This document shows positions 1 through 11,132 of a stretch of DNA of 64,000 nucleotides, piece after piece. The notes below the pieces were generated by a model. The model was not told where the DNA came from and did not search any database. It saw only the letters and a program-made list of their open reading frames with translations. Made by a program: the position numbers and the translations under genes. The DNA is from Nemertoderma westbladi. Its lineage: Eukaryota; Animalia; Xenacoelomorpha. Every line of letters starts with the position of its first letter. The stretch's first letter is position 1. Location: positions 1 to 64,000 of the forward strand of contig JAUCBJ010000923.1 of assembly GCA_032718475.1 (NCBI GenBank), read 5' to 3'.

Positions 1-765
1 TTAATTGATAATTAAACATTAAGACAAGATGTTAATTCCCGAGATGGCATTTTCGTCCAGTTTCCCCGTCTCTTTATTGCATTGCACGGGAAAAAGTAGA
101 AAAGAGAAATCAGTAAAATAATACGTTTTCGATTACCTAGAATAAAAGTGAAATGTGTTAGACATAGTTTTTTGGCATCATAATATTAAACTGAATTGTT
201 TCTGTGGTGGTCGAGGGTAAACTCACCCAGTTTCGTGTCCAGCTCGATAGCAAAAATCGTCTGGAGCAGTAAAGTCAAGTCCCTCGCTATTATTACAGCT
301 GCAATGAGCTATTTATTCCTCTAGTGTTAAAATGTGCTACATAATAATGCGCCATTAATGGTAAATCCGCCAATGTGGAAGAATACCAAGTTTTCAATTT
401 TCGGTTGAATGGTATTGTCATTTTATAAATTAAGAATTTTGTTTTTTAATTTCGCCTTATCAAGTGTTTTATAGCGCTCATATCTAACTCAATCTGTACA
501 TATATTAATTAGTTAATTATTTTGGTTAGATTCAGCCATTCACAGTTTTTAGTGAAAACCTAGTATTCTTCAGGTGGGGGTAAACGGTAAACTGAAGTGT
601 GAAATATAACAGAATAAATCTGGTGTACTTGACATGGGCCGCTAAAGGCATTTTAAGTAATATTAAAATATGGAATAAAAATGTATGGGCTTATAATTTA
701 TTTAATAGATTAATGCCCTGCATGGTCACTGTATCGTTCACTCGTAACCACGTGAAATTAAAAAT

Positions 766-879
766 CACCCCACCCCACCCCACCCCACCCCACCCCACCC
801 CACCCCACCCCACCCCACCCCCACCCCACCCCACCCCCACCCCACCCCACCCCACCCCACCCCACCCCACCCCACCCCA

Positions 880-911
<32 letters not shown>

Positions 912-984
912 CCACCCCACCCCACCCCACCCCACCCCACCCCACCCCACCCCACCCCACCCCACCCCACCCCACCCCACCCCC
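766..984. repeat. (CCCCA)n pentanucleotide microsatellite, about 43 units; (TGGGG)n on minus strand, G-quadruplex prone
   Basis: Near-perfect CCCCA run seen directly; it explains the PTPPH/GWGGV ORFs. Confidence 0.97.
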
Positions 985-2476
985 CTCACGCACCTCTATC
1001 CACAAACATAGTTTTACGATTAGTAATTTTTCCCAAACAACAGTAATATTCACCTTATATCCATCCTCTTATTGCCAACAAATAAAATAAAGTTTTATTA
1101 TTATTCATTTTATATTTGTTAATCGGGTTGCTAAATAAAGCGGCATATAAGCTACTAATAACAAAGCTTGCTTATGTAAAATACACGTTAAATAAACTAG
1201 GTTGGTTCAACAAGAAGGGCAATAATTAGTTAATTTAATGCAATTAAATTACTTAAAAAAAAGAAATTCACACACAATAAAATAAACAACTGAGATAAAA
1301 TGCAGAGACATTTATTGCACTAAAAACTCCAGTAATACTAAAAACAACATCCATCAAATTAAAAGTAATCAGTTACCATAATTAATTTAGAAATTTCATA
1401 AAATATTTGTGTGTACCCACCGTATTATAAGTACAAAATTAAAATTACCGTGAAAGGAATTACGATAGAGGGATGTAACGAGATGAGGGAAATAAAGAGC
1501 GATAAGAGGGAAATAAAGTAACGAGAGCAGGGAAATTAAGAATTTGAGGTATGAAATAAAAGTAATGAGGTAGAAATAATTAATGAGAAGAGGTAAATAA
1601 AGAAAACGAAGAGGGAAATAAGTTTATGAGATCGGGTATATAAAGCAAGATAGGCGGTAAATAAAACAAAAGGGACGGGAAATAAAGTAGACATTATTTA
1701 TCAGCCATACCGGCCGCACTGGACGGTATGGCTGATACGGCTACAAGTACAAAACAATTAAATTTACAATATTTGTAATATCATTGAAATATAACTTACT
1801 AGTTAATAGTGAAAATAAAGAGCATAACTATACTAATTGAGCTGATAGCCTTACTAAACTATGTAGTTATCTAAGTGGCACAGGTAGCTCGCTACTTAAT
1901 CAATTGGAAAGCAGCTTATATATATTTAAAAGCAATTAATTAATTAATACAGCTGAAATATAAATAGTCCTTAGTACTAATTCCAAATGCTGGCTACTTT
2001 AAGCATCTACTACAGACAGACATAATGAGTATTTGGTAATCAGCACAAATTAAGAACTAAATTAAAATAATAACTAATCATATTTTATTAAACTAAATTT
2101 ACATTATTGTTAAATAAATTAATACTGATGGTGATGTGATGGATTTACAAGATAAAATCAAATTAACTATAAATATCATTAAAGCATAAAACGTTTCTGA
2201 ATGTTCTTTCATAAATATTAATTAATACCCTGTTAAAAAGTCACTGATACAGTTAATAATTAAGGAGTGGAGGTCAGGAGTAAAAAATAAAACGATACCT
2301 GTGCAAATATACATGATTAAGCACAACAACCTTTAACAACGCAGTCCCACACCAAACCGCTCAAACAAATAACCCAAGCAGAAGAACAATAATGAGATAG
2401 ATGCATTACAGGGTATACTGACGAAAAGGAAAATATGAGCCAGTGAAAAAATCTAATAAAAAGGTTTAAATGTTAA

Positions 2477-3186
2477 GGTTGTATGGTACCCCAAGGTTTT
2501 CTTAATGTTTTACTATTAAACAAAGTGTACCTTTCGGAGAGAACTCGAACTCGTAAATAAAATTTCCTGAAATTTTGCAGGTAGCCGAATCAACCATTCG
2601 GACAAGAGCAAAAAAAATTTTTTTTTTGTTTACGGCAATTTTTGTAAACAATGCCCGGTTTTTGACCAAAAATCGAAATTTCAACAACTGTTTTCTTAAA
2701 AACTTCTTAAGAAAGCATCCAACCAACAGAATTCTAGTCATGCATGCATAGGCCAATCGTTGTTGTGAACATTTCCTGAAAATTTCAGAGATTTCATCCA
2801 GTAGTTCCTCAGGAAAGTGTACCTTTGTGTCTAAAAAAACACAAAAAATTACTTTTTGAGAAAAAAACATTCAAGGTTTTCAAAGCTTCCCGCCATATTT
2901 ATTGGATTATTTAAACTCGGTTGCAAAAAATAAATAAGTACACGTAAGGGGTTTTCCTGGTCGGTGATTTCAGTTCTGATGTCAGTTTTTGAATTTGACT
3001 AAATCTAGACTGTCTGTCAGATTTAACAGACTTTTCAGACAGACCGCCCGACAAACATTTGGGCACCTTAGGCTTATCCTATTCCTATAAAAACCCGAGT
3101 TCTGTAATCTTCGAAAAATTTTAATCTTAAATCGTAAAAAAAAATTCGAAATTTTTTTTTAAACATTGTTCGGGTACCCTACAACC
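2477..3186. mobile_element. Non-autonomous DNA transposon (MITE) with TTAA target-site duplication, Kolobok-like termini
   Basis: TTAA(2473-2476)-GGTTGTATGGTACCC ... GGGTACCCTACAACC-TTAA(3187-3190): 14/15 terminal inverted repeat; no transposase ORF. Family inferred from the TTAA TSD plus purine-purine termini. Confidence 0.75.
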
Positions 3187-3905
3187 TTAAAGTGACAACA
3201 GTGCGCTAACGCATGGAACAATAAAGTGTTTGGGAGTAAAAACAATGGGCGCAGAAATCATGTAACGCCTTGAAAATTCTAGTAAATAAATGTTCAATTT
3301 GGCTTTGCAATTGGACAGCTAAACCACTACTAAATACATAATACGAGATACTTACTAATACATGTGACAGTACCACGTGCAGTGCATTACAAGACTTCGA
3401 ATACAATAATCAATAAATTTATTTGATTCAAAACATTAAATAAAGACGTGAAATTTAAACACAAAGTACAAAGCAAAATATGAGAGGCTATATAGCGAAG
3501 CGAAATTAATACTTTGCGCATATTAGGTAAACTATTGAGATGCATTTAATTATAATATATTGTGTATGTTGAGTTATAGTTTAATTACTGTCTATATATT
3601 ATTATTATTAGTAGTTTATTATCTAATTCTACATTTTAGAATCGTTACAAGTACGCACACAGCGACAATGACTAAATGTACAGACTAGTCTTATATCGGC
3701 GCTCAATACGGCGTCATGACAACGCTTGGATGGATGCGCCATCTAGCGATTAACCAATCACAACTAACATAACTCTACTGTTAACCAATCAAAAGTAAAA
3801 CTAACAGATTCGTCAATCATAAAACAGTTGTTGCACCAATATTCTTATCAAACAATCAAACCAACAACACCGTTCCTCCAGACAACATCAACGCAGTACA
3901 GCGCT

Positions 3906-4108
3906 CTAACCCGCTTTACTTAAATCGAAAGTTTTCCCATTTAATTCTTCACTACCGTAGGAGAGAGCGGCAGTTGGCTGGAAGGAAGTCAGTGACAGGG
4001 ATATAATGGAATCTCGTCCCCTCACACCCAGGGCTATCCTAGAGCCTTCCTCCGAGATAATACAAGCGGTGATGGGAGAATCGGGAGTGAAACTCGCCAG
4101 ATTGCTGC
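3906..4108 (-). CDS. NACHT/WD40 (NWD/QUI-1-like) gene, terminal coding exon (exon j)
   Basis: Acceptor ttgtatttctag|GC; phase 1 matches exon i; encodes (G)SNLASFTPDSPITACIISEEGSRIALG...YGSEELNGKTFDLSKAG*; TAG at 3908-3906. Confidence 0.85.
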
Positions 4109-4339
4109 CTAGAAATACAAAACAGACAATCATTGACATATAATCCACATAATAAAGACTCCTGGGACTTCTAAAAACGCCTCTTCTACTGCTGCATTGA
4201 AGATGGTTGGATGAAAAACGTATGTCAAAGATCTCAATGATAAATTCCCGTAAATATTCAATCCCGACGTTTTCGAACAATATAAAATATTTCAGAATGG
4301 TAAAGATGAACTGTTATGTTGAATACAAAAAACTATATA

Positions 4340-4730
4340 CAGGGGCCAGCTTTCACAAACAACATCTGGCGTACTGCTGGACAACGAAACTGCCATTTAA
4401 TAACAAGGTCAACCGTTAACGGCTTCCACTGGAAGCTATCAGGAAGCACAGAATGTAATTTTATTGTCTGTCGATACCCTTCTCACGCAACAATTAAATC
4501 CCATGGTGGACTGAACTCTTGTCAGCAAACTTGTAGCTCCCTGTATCCGCTTCCAAGCGTAAGGTCTCTCTGCACGGCCAGGTATGATAGGAGACAATTT
4601 AGGACACGGGTCGAGTCAGGATCACTTACAATCCCAGAATTGGGTGGGGTGAATTTCATCCAAAACTGCTTTAGGTGCAATGTTCCCTTTAGTACCAAAA
4701 GAAGGCGGATCCAGCCATACTTTGACCGAT
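4340..4730 (+). pseudogene. Possible highly decayed LINE 3' fragment
   Basis: Frameshifted peptide resembling the LINE RT C-terminal motif LGVLLD-x-KL-x-F near 4366-4410; similarity is weak. Confidence 0.3.
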
Positions 4731-5375
4731 AATTCGATTTGTTTGATTTTGATTTTATTGATTTTAAGTTTAACTGATAATTTTATTTAACACTTGTTCT
4801 AATGATCATTATTATATGTGTACCAAAAGGAAGCTGATCCAGCAATACTTTGACCGATGTAATTGGATTGATTTTAATTGATAATTTTATTAATACTTGT
4901 CCTCATCACTATATCGTATGAATTATTGTCTGTATATTTCGAGGTGTATTTTTAAATATCTGCTTTCTATAGTCTGTTGTTGATATAATTTGAGTTGTCT
5001 TCCAAACATTCACGGTTTATAATGTGCGCATTTTTACTCGATATGGAATTATAGTAAATTAAATGCCAGCCTGTCTGGTGCTGTGCCTCTGGGCACGCGA
5101 CTACTACTACTACTCTATGTAGCTAAAATACCTTTCCACGATATTACTGAAGACTGCGCACCTGCAATACATTATCCATGCATTCGACTGCGACTAATGC
5201 CCGCTACTACGACAACTTGAAAACAGTAACATATAAATCGTCCCTTTTTTAACTCGCTTTTCTTTCCTTATTTTCATACCAGTTTAAATTTATTAATCAT
5301 CGTGCTTTTATCAAATTTAATAATAAATAAAATCATTTACCCCGTCCAGGGGTCCATATAAAAAAAAATTAACAT

Positions 5376-5460
5376 ATAATCATTAACATGCACTCATTAA
5401 CATACACTCAATATCTTACACTCATTAACATACACACAATAACATACACTCATTAACATA
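5376..5460. repeat. Left remnant of 14-bp minisatellite (AACATACACTCA[A/T]T)
   Basis: Same unit as the 7248-8430 array; separated from it by the RTE insertion. Confidence 0.8.
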
Positions 5461-7247
5461 CTACTACTGGGTCGAGCGAATTCGGACAGTGGAAATGAGA
5501 TCATTCCAGGCTTCCCGATTCTCCATAGTTGTCGCAATTTCGTTTCTCCCAAGTTCAGTATCCCTTTCAAGTTGATCTATATATGTTATGGCCGGTCGTC
5601 CACGACTACGCTTTCCATGAGTTGGTTGCCAGAAACGTAGATCTATGGTATGACCTCGTCTTTACTTCGCCAACAGTGCCCACTGAATCTTAATCTGCGT
5701 TCACGGAAGGTACATTATGGATTCTCTCTCCTCTAAGGCAGGCAGGTTGGGGTCTAAATTCCCTATAAACTTATAAAATAAAGAGTTTGTTACGATCGAT
5801 TTCGAGCTCCTAGGCCCATTCTCAAGTAAATAATTAACAATATGAAATCACATTACAGACTAAATAATCAAATGGAGTAGGCCTACATGGAATAGTTTTT
5901 ACGGTAAACACTGTATGCTTTAACGGTAGGCCTACATGGTAATAGGATTTATTTCATTATCTATTTTAGTGTATTTCTGTAATTTTCTTACGTATTCAGC
6001 TATTCCATGTAGGCCTACTCCATTTGATTATTTAGTCTGTAATGTGATTTCATATTGTTAATTATTTACTTGAGAATGGGCCTAGGAGCTCGAAATCGAG
6101 CGTAACAAACTCTTTATTTTATAAGTTTATAGGGAATTTAGACCCCAACCTGCCTGCCTTAGCTTAGAGGAGAGAGAATCCATAATGTATGTTTCAAATA
6201 ATTCCCTGAAGTCGGCTTGTCGGTTTTTGAGGAATTTCACGGAAGGTGGTTGATACAGGTGGTTGTCTCCAGCTGATGTTTAGGGCTGCCCTTAGTAGTC
6301 TTGTGTAGCAACCATCAATTCGTTGTTCAAGTGATTTAGTCAGGGTCCAGGTCTCACCCCCGTATAAAAATACACTTTCCACTGTGGCTCGAAATAACGT
6401 AGTCTTCAGGTGCTTGGAGAGATCTGATTTCCATCAAGGTACTGGCAGTCGTCGACCTTCCTTAGTTGATTATTATCAATGGTTGTCAAGTTTCCATCAA
6501 CATTAAAAGTCATGAATTGGGTCTTGGTAGCATTTATATGCAATCCAACCTCCTTAGCAGCCCTCTCCACTTTATTTAGTAGAAGCTGTGCGCATCTGTT
6601 AGCGTATTAGAGAGCAGGGCGATGTCATCCGCAAAGTCGGTGTCTGTAACTGTAGTTGCCGGATATCTACTACTTCTGCGTTCTTGAAGTGTGAATCCCA
6701 GATCTTCACCCTTTGTGGCCGTCCTCATTGCGTAATCCAGTACAATTACAAATAGTAATGGTGCTAATGTGTCACCTTGCAGTACGCCAGCCAGGATTGA
6801 GAAAAACTCTGTTTAACCATCTGATGAGAGTACCTGCGCTTCTGTGTCACAATATAGCAATCCAATGCCAGCAACAATTACTTCTGGTATTCCATAAGCT
6901 CTTACGATTTCAAGCAATTTACCTCTATGGATAGAGTCGAATGCCTTCTTGAAGTTTACAAAAGTCATGACTGCGGGGAGATTCTTTGACTTAATTCCTT
7001 CAATCGGTCTCCGTAGTGCAAGTATCTGAGCTATTGTTGATCTATTTGGTCGAAATCCGTTTTGGCTCTTACGCAGTAGTTTCTCTATGTGAGGCCTAAT
7101 CCTATATGAATCATTTTATTGTATATTTTGGCAGCTACCACAAGCAGACAGATCCCACGATAGTTTGTTGGTATACCGAGGTCACCTTTCTCGGGGAGAG
7201 GCTTTAGTTGATCTTTAGTACAAATTGGTGGTGGCTTTTCCCCTTTC
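5461..7247 (-). mobile_element. 5'-truncated, decayed RTE-clade non-LTR retrotransposon (RT domain to 3' end)
   Basis: Minus-strand peptides KGDLGIPTNYRGICLL, QNGFRPNRST, FVNFKKAFDSIHR, GVLQGDTLAPLLF, DFADDIALL (about 6636-6615), LYGGETWTLTK and RRLRFSGHCWRSKDE; contains stops and frameshifts; short (AGT)n-like tail at 5461-5468. Confidence 0.9.
5712..6235. mobile_element. Fold-back insertion (about 185-bp inverted arms) nested in the RTE, with 12-bp TSD; possibly a Penelope-like element end
   Basis: Arms 5711-5895 and 6000-6189 are near-perfect reverse complements. TTCACGGAAGGT is duplicated at 5700-5711 and 6236-6247. Removing the insert restores the RTE frame TTFRE-RRLRFSGHCW. Confidence 0.85.
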
Positions 7248-8430
7248 AACATCATTAACACACACTCAATAACATCATTAACACACACTCAATAACATAC
7301 ACTCATTAACATAAACTCAATAACATACACTCAATAACATACACTCAATATCATACACTCATTAACATACACTCAATAACATCATTAACATACACTCAAT
7401 AACACACACTCAATAACACACACTCAATAACATACACTCATTAACATAAACTCAATAACATACACTCAATATCATACACTCATTAACATACACTCAATAA
7501 CATCATTAACATACACTCAATAACACACACTCAATAACATACACTCATTAACATAAACTCAATAACATACACTCAATATCATACACTCAATATCATACAC
7601 TCAATAACATACACTCAATAACATCATTAACATACACTCAATAACATACACTCATTAACATAAACTCAATAACATACACTCAATATCATACAGATATTAA
7701 CATACACTCAATAACATCATCAACACACAATCAATAACATACACTCAATATCATACACTCATTAACATACACTCAATAACACACACTCAATAACATACAC
7801 TCATTAACATAAACTCAATAACATACACTCAATATCATACACTCAATATCATACACTCAATAACATACACTCAATAACATCATTAACATACACTCAATAA
7901 CATACACTCATTAACATAAACTCAATAACATACACTCAATATCATACAGATATTAACATACACTCAATAACATCATCAACACACAATCAATAACATACAC
8001 TCAATATCATACACTCATTAACATACACTCAATAACACACACTCAATAACATACACTCATTAACATAAACTCAATAACATACACCCAATATCATACACTC
8101 ATTAACATACACTCAATAACATCATTAACATACACTCAATAACACACACTCAATAACATACACTCTATAACACACACTCAATAACATACACTCAATAACA
8201 TACAGTCATTAACATACACTCAATAACACACACTCAATAACATACACTCATTAACATAAACTCAATAACAAACACTCAATATCATCCACTCAATAACATC
8301 ATTAACATACACTCAATAACATCATTAATATACACTCAATAACATACACTAATTAACATAAAAACATTAACATACACTCATCAACATACTCTCATCAACA
8401 TACACACACATTATCAAACACATTAACATA
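7248..8430. repeat. About 14-bp degenerate minisatellite (AACATACACTCAAT and variants)
   Basis: About 1.2 kb tandem array seen directly. Confidence 0.95.
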
Positions 8431-8431
8431 C

Positions 8432-9675
8432 GGGCAATTCCACGGTGTCGGACGTTACGGACATTCTCGATTTTTGAATGTTTTTCTTTAAATTTACGAA
8501 AATACTTGAATTTTTGACATCAGATTGCGTTGAAAAAATGAGACAATTTATTAATCTTTCAGAATATCGCAAATACTCTGCATTGGGAAACGTTATTCTT
8601 CTGAAACAGTTGACTTTTAAAAAGGTGTCGGACGTTACAAAAATAGGACACTTTTTAAAGTACATATTTTATTTTTGAATGCAATTAATGCCGAAGACTG
8701 GTATGTTATTATTTTTGGGCTCAAATTGAAGCTCTATTCTATTTTTCGAAAATGTTTTCAAAATTGCACTGCAGATCTTTTGAAGCCGACATTTGCAATT
8801 CAAAGTTGTGCGGAATTGTGTCGGACGTTACGTGTTGGACGTTACATAAAAATAGCAATATTTAGCCACCTCTGAGTGCTTTATTTTTCGTCGTTGAAAT
8901 GTACTATAGATGTCATTAGAACCGCCTTCATCTGCAGATTCCGAATCTGAAAACCATTTAAAATTTCACCAACAATTGCCAAATATATCATCAAAATACT
9001 AAGGTGTGAATTTTGAGTCGATAATCGCAATTATTGAAACCTATTTTTATTTATTTATGCCTTTTACACTATACACTGCAATTTAGACTTTAAATACATT
9101 AAATAATAATAGTGTCGGACGTTACAATGTGTCGGACGATACAAACTTCATTCACTAAAATCACAGCCTTTATGGTAGTCTGGATTGCTGTAAATGGCAC
9201 AAGAGACGCCATCTAACGTCGGCATTGAGTCATTTTAGTATGGTTTGCCAAACAATAGAGAGGTAATTGAGAAAAAATGTAAAAAAAAGTGTCGGACGTT
9301 ACAATTGGATACAGGTAGCTTTTAATGTTTATTGTACGAGAAGCGTTCTATGTTTATGGCGTAAAGAACTACCTCATTGGAATGTGTATTTACGGTTGAT
9401 TGATTACAATGATACCAAGGATAGCCTATATTGATAAACAGTAAAAAAAATATTTCGCCTTGAATTTTGGTATTTTTTCGTTTTTACGTGTTTTACGTTT
9501 TTTCTTGATGATGGTCGATATAATCGCAAAATTTCCTATTTTATACCCTCAAATCAATGTAAATTTTGTCAAATTCGAAAAATTTATGAAATTTTAACCA
9601 ATAAATCATAACAAATTGCTTTTTTTTTAAGTTTTATTTTTTTCATATTGTGTCCCAGTTTCTTTGGATATGGCC
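8432..9675. mobile_element. Non-autonomous DNA transposon with 4-bp TSD (ATAC) and repeated internal motif GTGTCGGACGTTAC
   Basis: ATAC|GGGCAATTCCA ... TGGATATGGCC|ATAC (imperfect TIR); motif at about 8446, 8625, 8818, 9113, 9129 and 9288; the 14-mer minisatellite resumes after it (ATACACTCGTTAACA). Confidence 0.65.
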
Positions 9676-9892
9676 ATACACTCGTTAACAACAAAAATTT
9701 CGATGAATTTCAACCATTTTTGACAAAGTTATCATTATATAAAATAGCGGGAAAGTTGAATTTTTCCTAAAACTTTAAATAAATTTATCTCACAATGTAT
9801 CTTTTTCACGAAAAGGTATATTTATTCCCTCCCTACGTGAGTTTTGTATAAATTGATTTGATATGGCAATAAAATAAACCGAAGTCACTAAC

Positions 9893-10017
9893 CGTTATTT
9901 ACATCCCACAGACGCAATGTGTTCTCCACCCCGTCAGTGCTGTATGTCACGAACCTATGTCCGCTCTCCGATAATGATATGCAATCGGCCGGACTTGTAT
10001 GACCTTTCATTGTAAAC
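9893..10017 (-). CDS. NACHT/WD40 gene exon i (WD40 repeat); not in the ORF track
   Basis: Acceptor ttttaaag|G, donor G|gttagt; encodes (R)FTMKGHTSPADCISLSESGHRFVTYSTDGVENTLRLWDVNN(G), a canonical GH...WD repeat; phases 2 and 1 fit both neighbours. Confidence 0.9.
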
Positions 10018-10269
10018 CTTTAAAATTAAACAAACAATAACCAATACCACTACCACATAAACTAAAACTCATTTTATTGTTACAATTTACATTATTTACC
10101 GCTCAGTCAATGGGCCAGCGGTAAATAAGATTTGCATTATTTACCTAATGGAGATTATTGCTCTTCAATCAGTCAACTTTGTGTGCTGTAATAAATACTA
10201 ATCTGGGGCATTTATCAACTTATTAATAATGTTCAAATAAATAATGCACTTTTTTCACAATAACTGCAC

Positions 10270-10400
10270 TTTTTGATCGCCCATATCTCAGCTATTTCTA
10301 AACGATATTTTAACAGTTATTTACAAATTTGGAATCCTTATAACGACACCTTTCCATTGATATCAACAAATAAGGACTAACTACGGAGAAGTTATAACTG
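10270..10400. mobile_element. Fragment of the MITE family also present at about 48330-48700
   Basis: Shares CGCCCATATCTCAGCTATTT...TTTGGAATCCTT with 48633-48693. Confidence 0.55.
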
Positions 10401-10689
10401 CGGTGCGACTGGTGTTTAATTACTTATTAAACAAAATATATTTTAATAATTATAATAATAATGATGATTTTTAACAATAAATTTACATATCGTACGATAA
10501 ATAAAACACGTTATTTAACTTTTCGCCCCTCGATCTGACTTATTAACCTCCATCGCTGCGCTCGGTCGGTAAATAACAGATCTCGGGACGAACGGTAAAT
10601 AAAGCATAATTTATTTACAGTAAAATAAATAGTTATTAATGTGGGTTTCCTATGAATAATATTTGGATGTTTGTATTAACTTGTAATTG

Positions 10690-11090
10690 ACTTTTGCCCA
10701 CCCCGTCAACTCTAAAAATGTGCGGGAAGCAATGAAAGTAAGCGAGGTCAGCATAAGGGTACCGCTATCTTAACCTTGGGTCTGTCTGTCGGTCTAATCT
10801 TTGAAAGCTATACTTCTTAGGAACTCTACAGTTTCTTAAACTAAAACTTAGTAGGACTGATATATGAAAAAAGTAGAAAGTAGAAAGGATTTCGGCGCCC
10901 CTCAATTTCATGGTTCGCCGCTAGGAGGCGCTAAATATAATTTCGTTTAAGGCTTAAAAACTTTTGAACCACTGTATCAATCTTGATGAAACTTTCACAG
11001 AATTACGTTTGGAAAGTTCTTAATTCAATGAGACATTTCTAGCGTCCCGCAAATTAGAATCCGCCGCTAGGATACGCTAAATATCACTTC
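10690..11090 (+). mobile_element. Possible Helentron/DINE-1-like non-autonomous interspersed element fragment
   Basis: GTCTGTCTGTCGGTC microsatellite near 10779 followed by repeated CGCC...TAG..GGCGCT motifs; family resemblance only. Confidence 0.3.
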
Positions 11091-11132
11091 ATCTATGCTT
11101 AATAACGCTGTGCTGTGCGCCAGCAGAGCAGC

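Noticed and set aside
564-610. Possible plus-strand terminal exon (ttcttcag|VGVNGKLKCEI*)
   Set aside because: Too short to support without upstream sequence or transcripts.
766-984. Telomeric repeat
   Set aside because: Short, internal and flanked by ordinary sequence; not the canonical TTAGGG/TTAGG motif.
599-1090. Proline-rich extensin-like ORF
   Set aside because: Translation of the (CCCCA)n microsatellite.
4690-4910. Imperfect roughly 128-bp tandem duplication
   Set aside because: Real but old and degenerate, with no functional signal.
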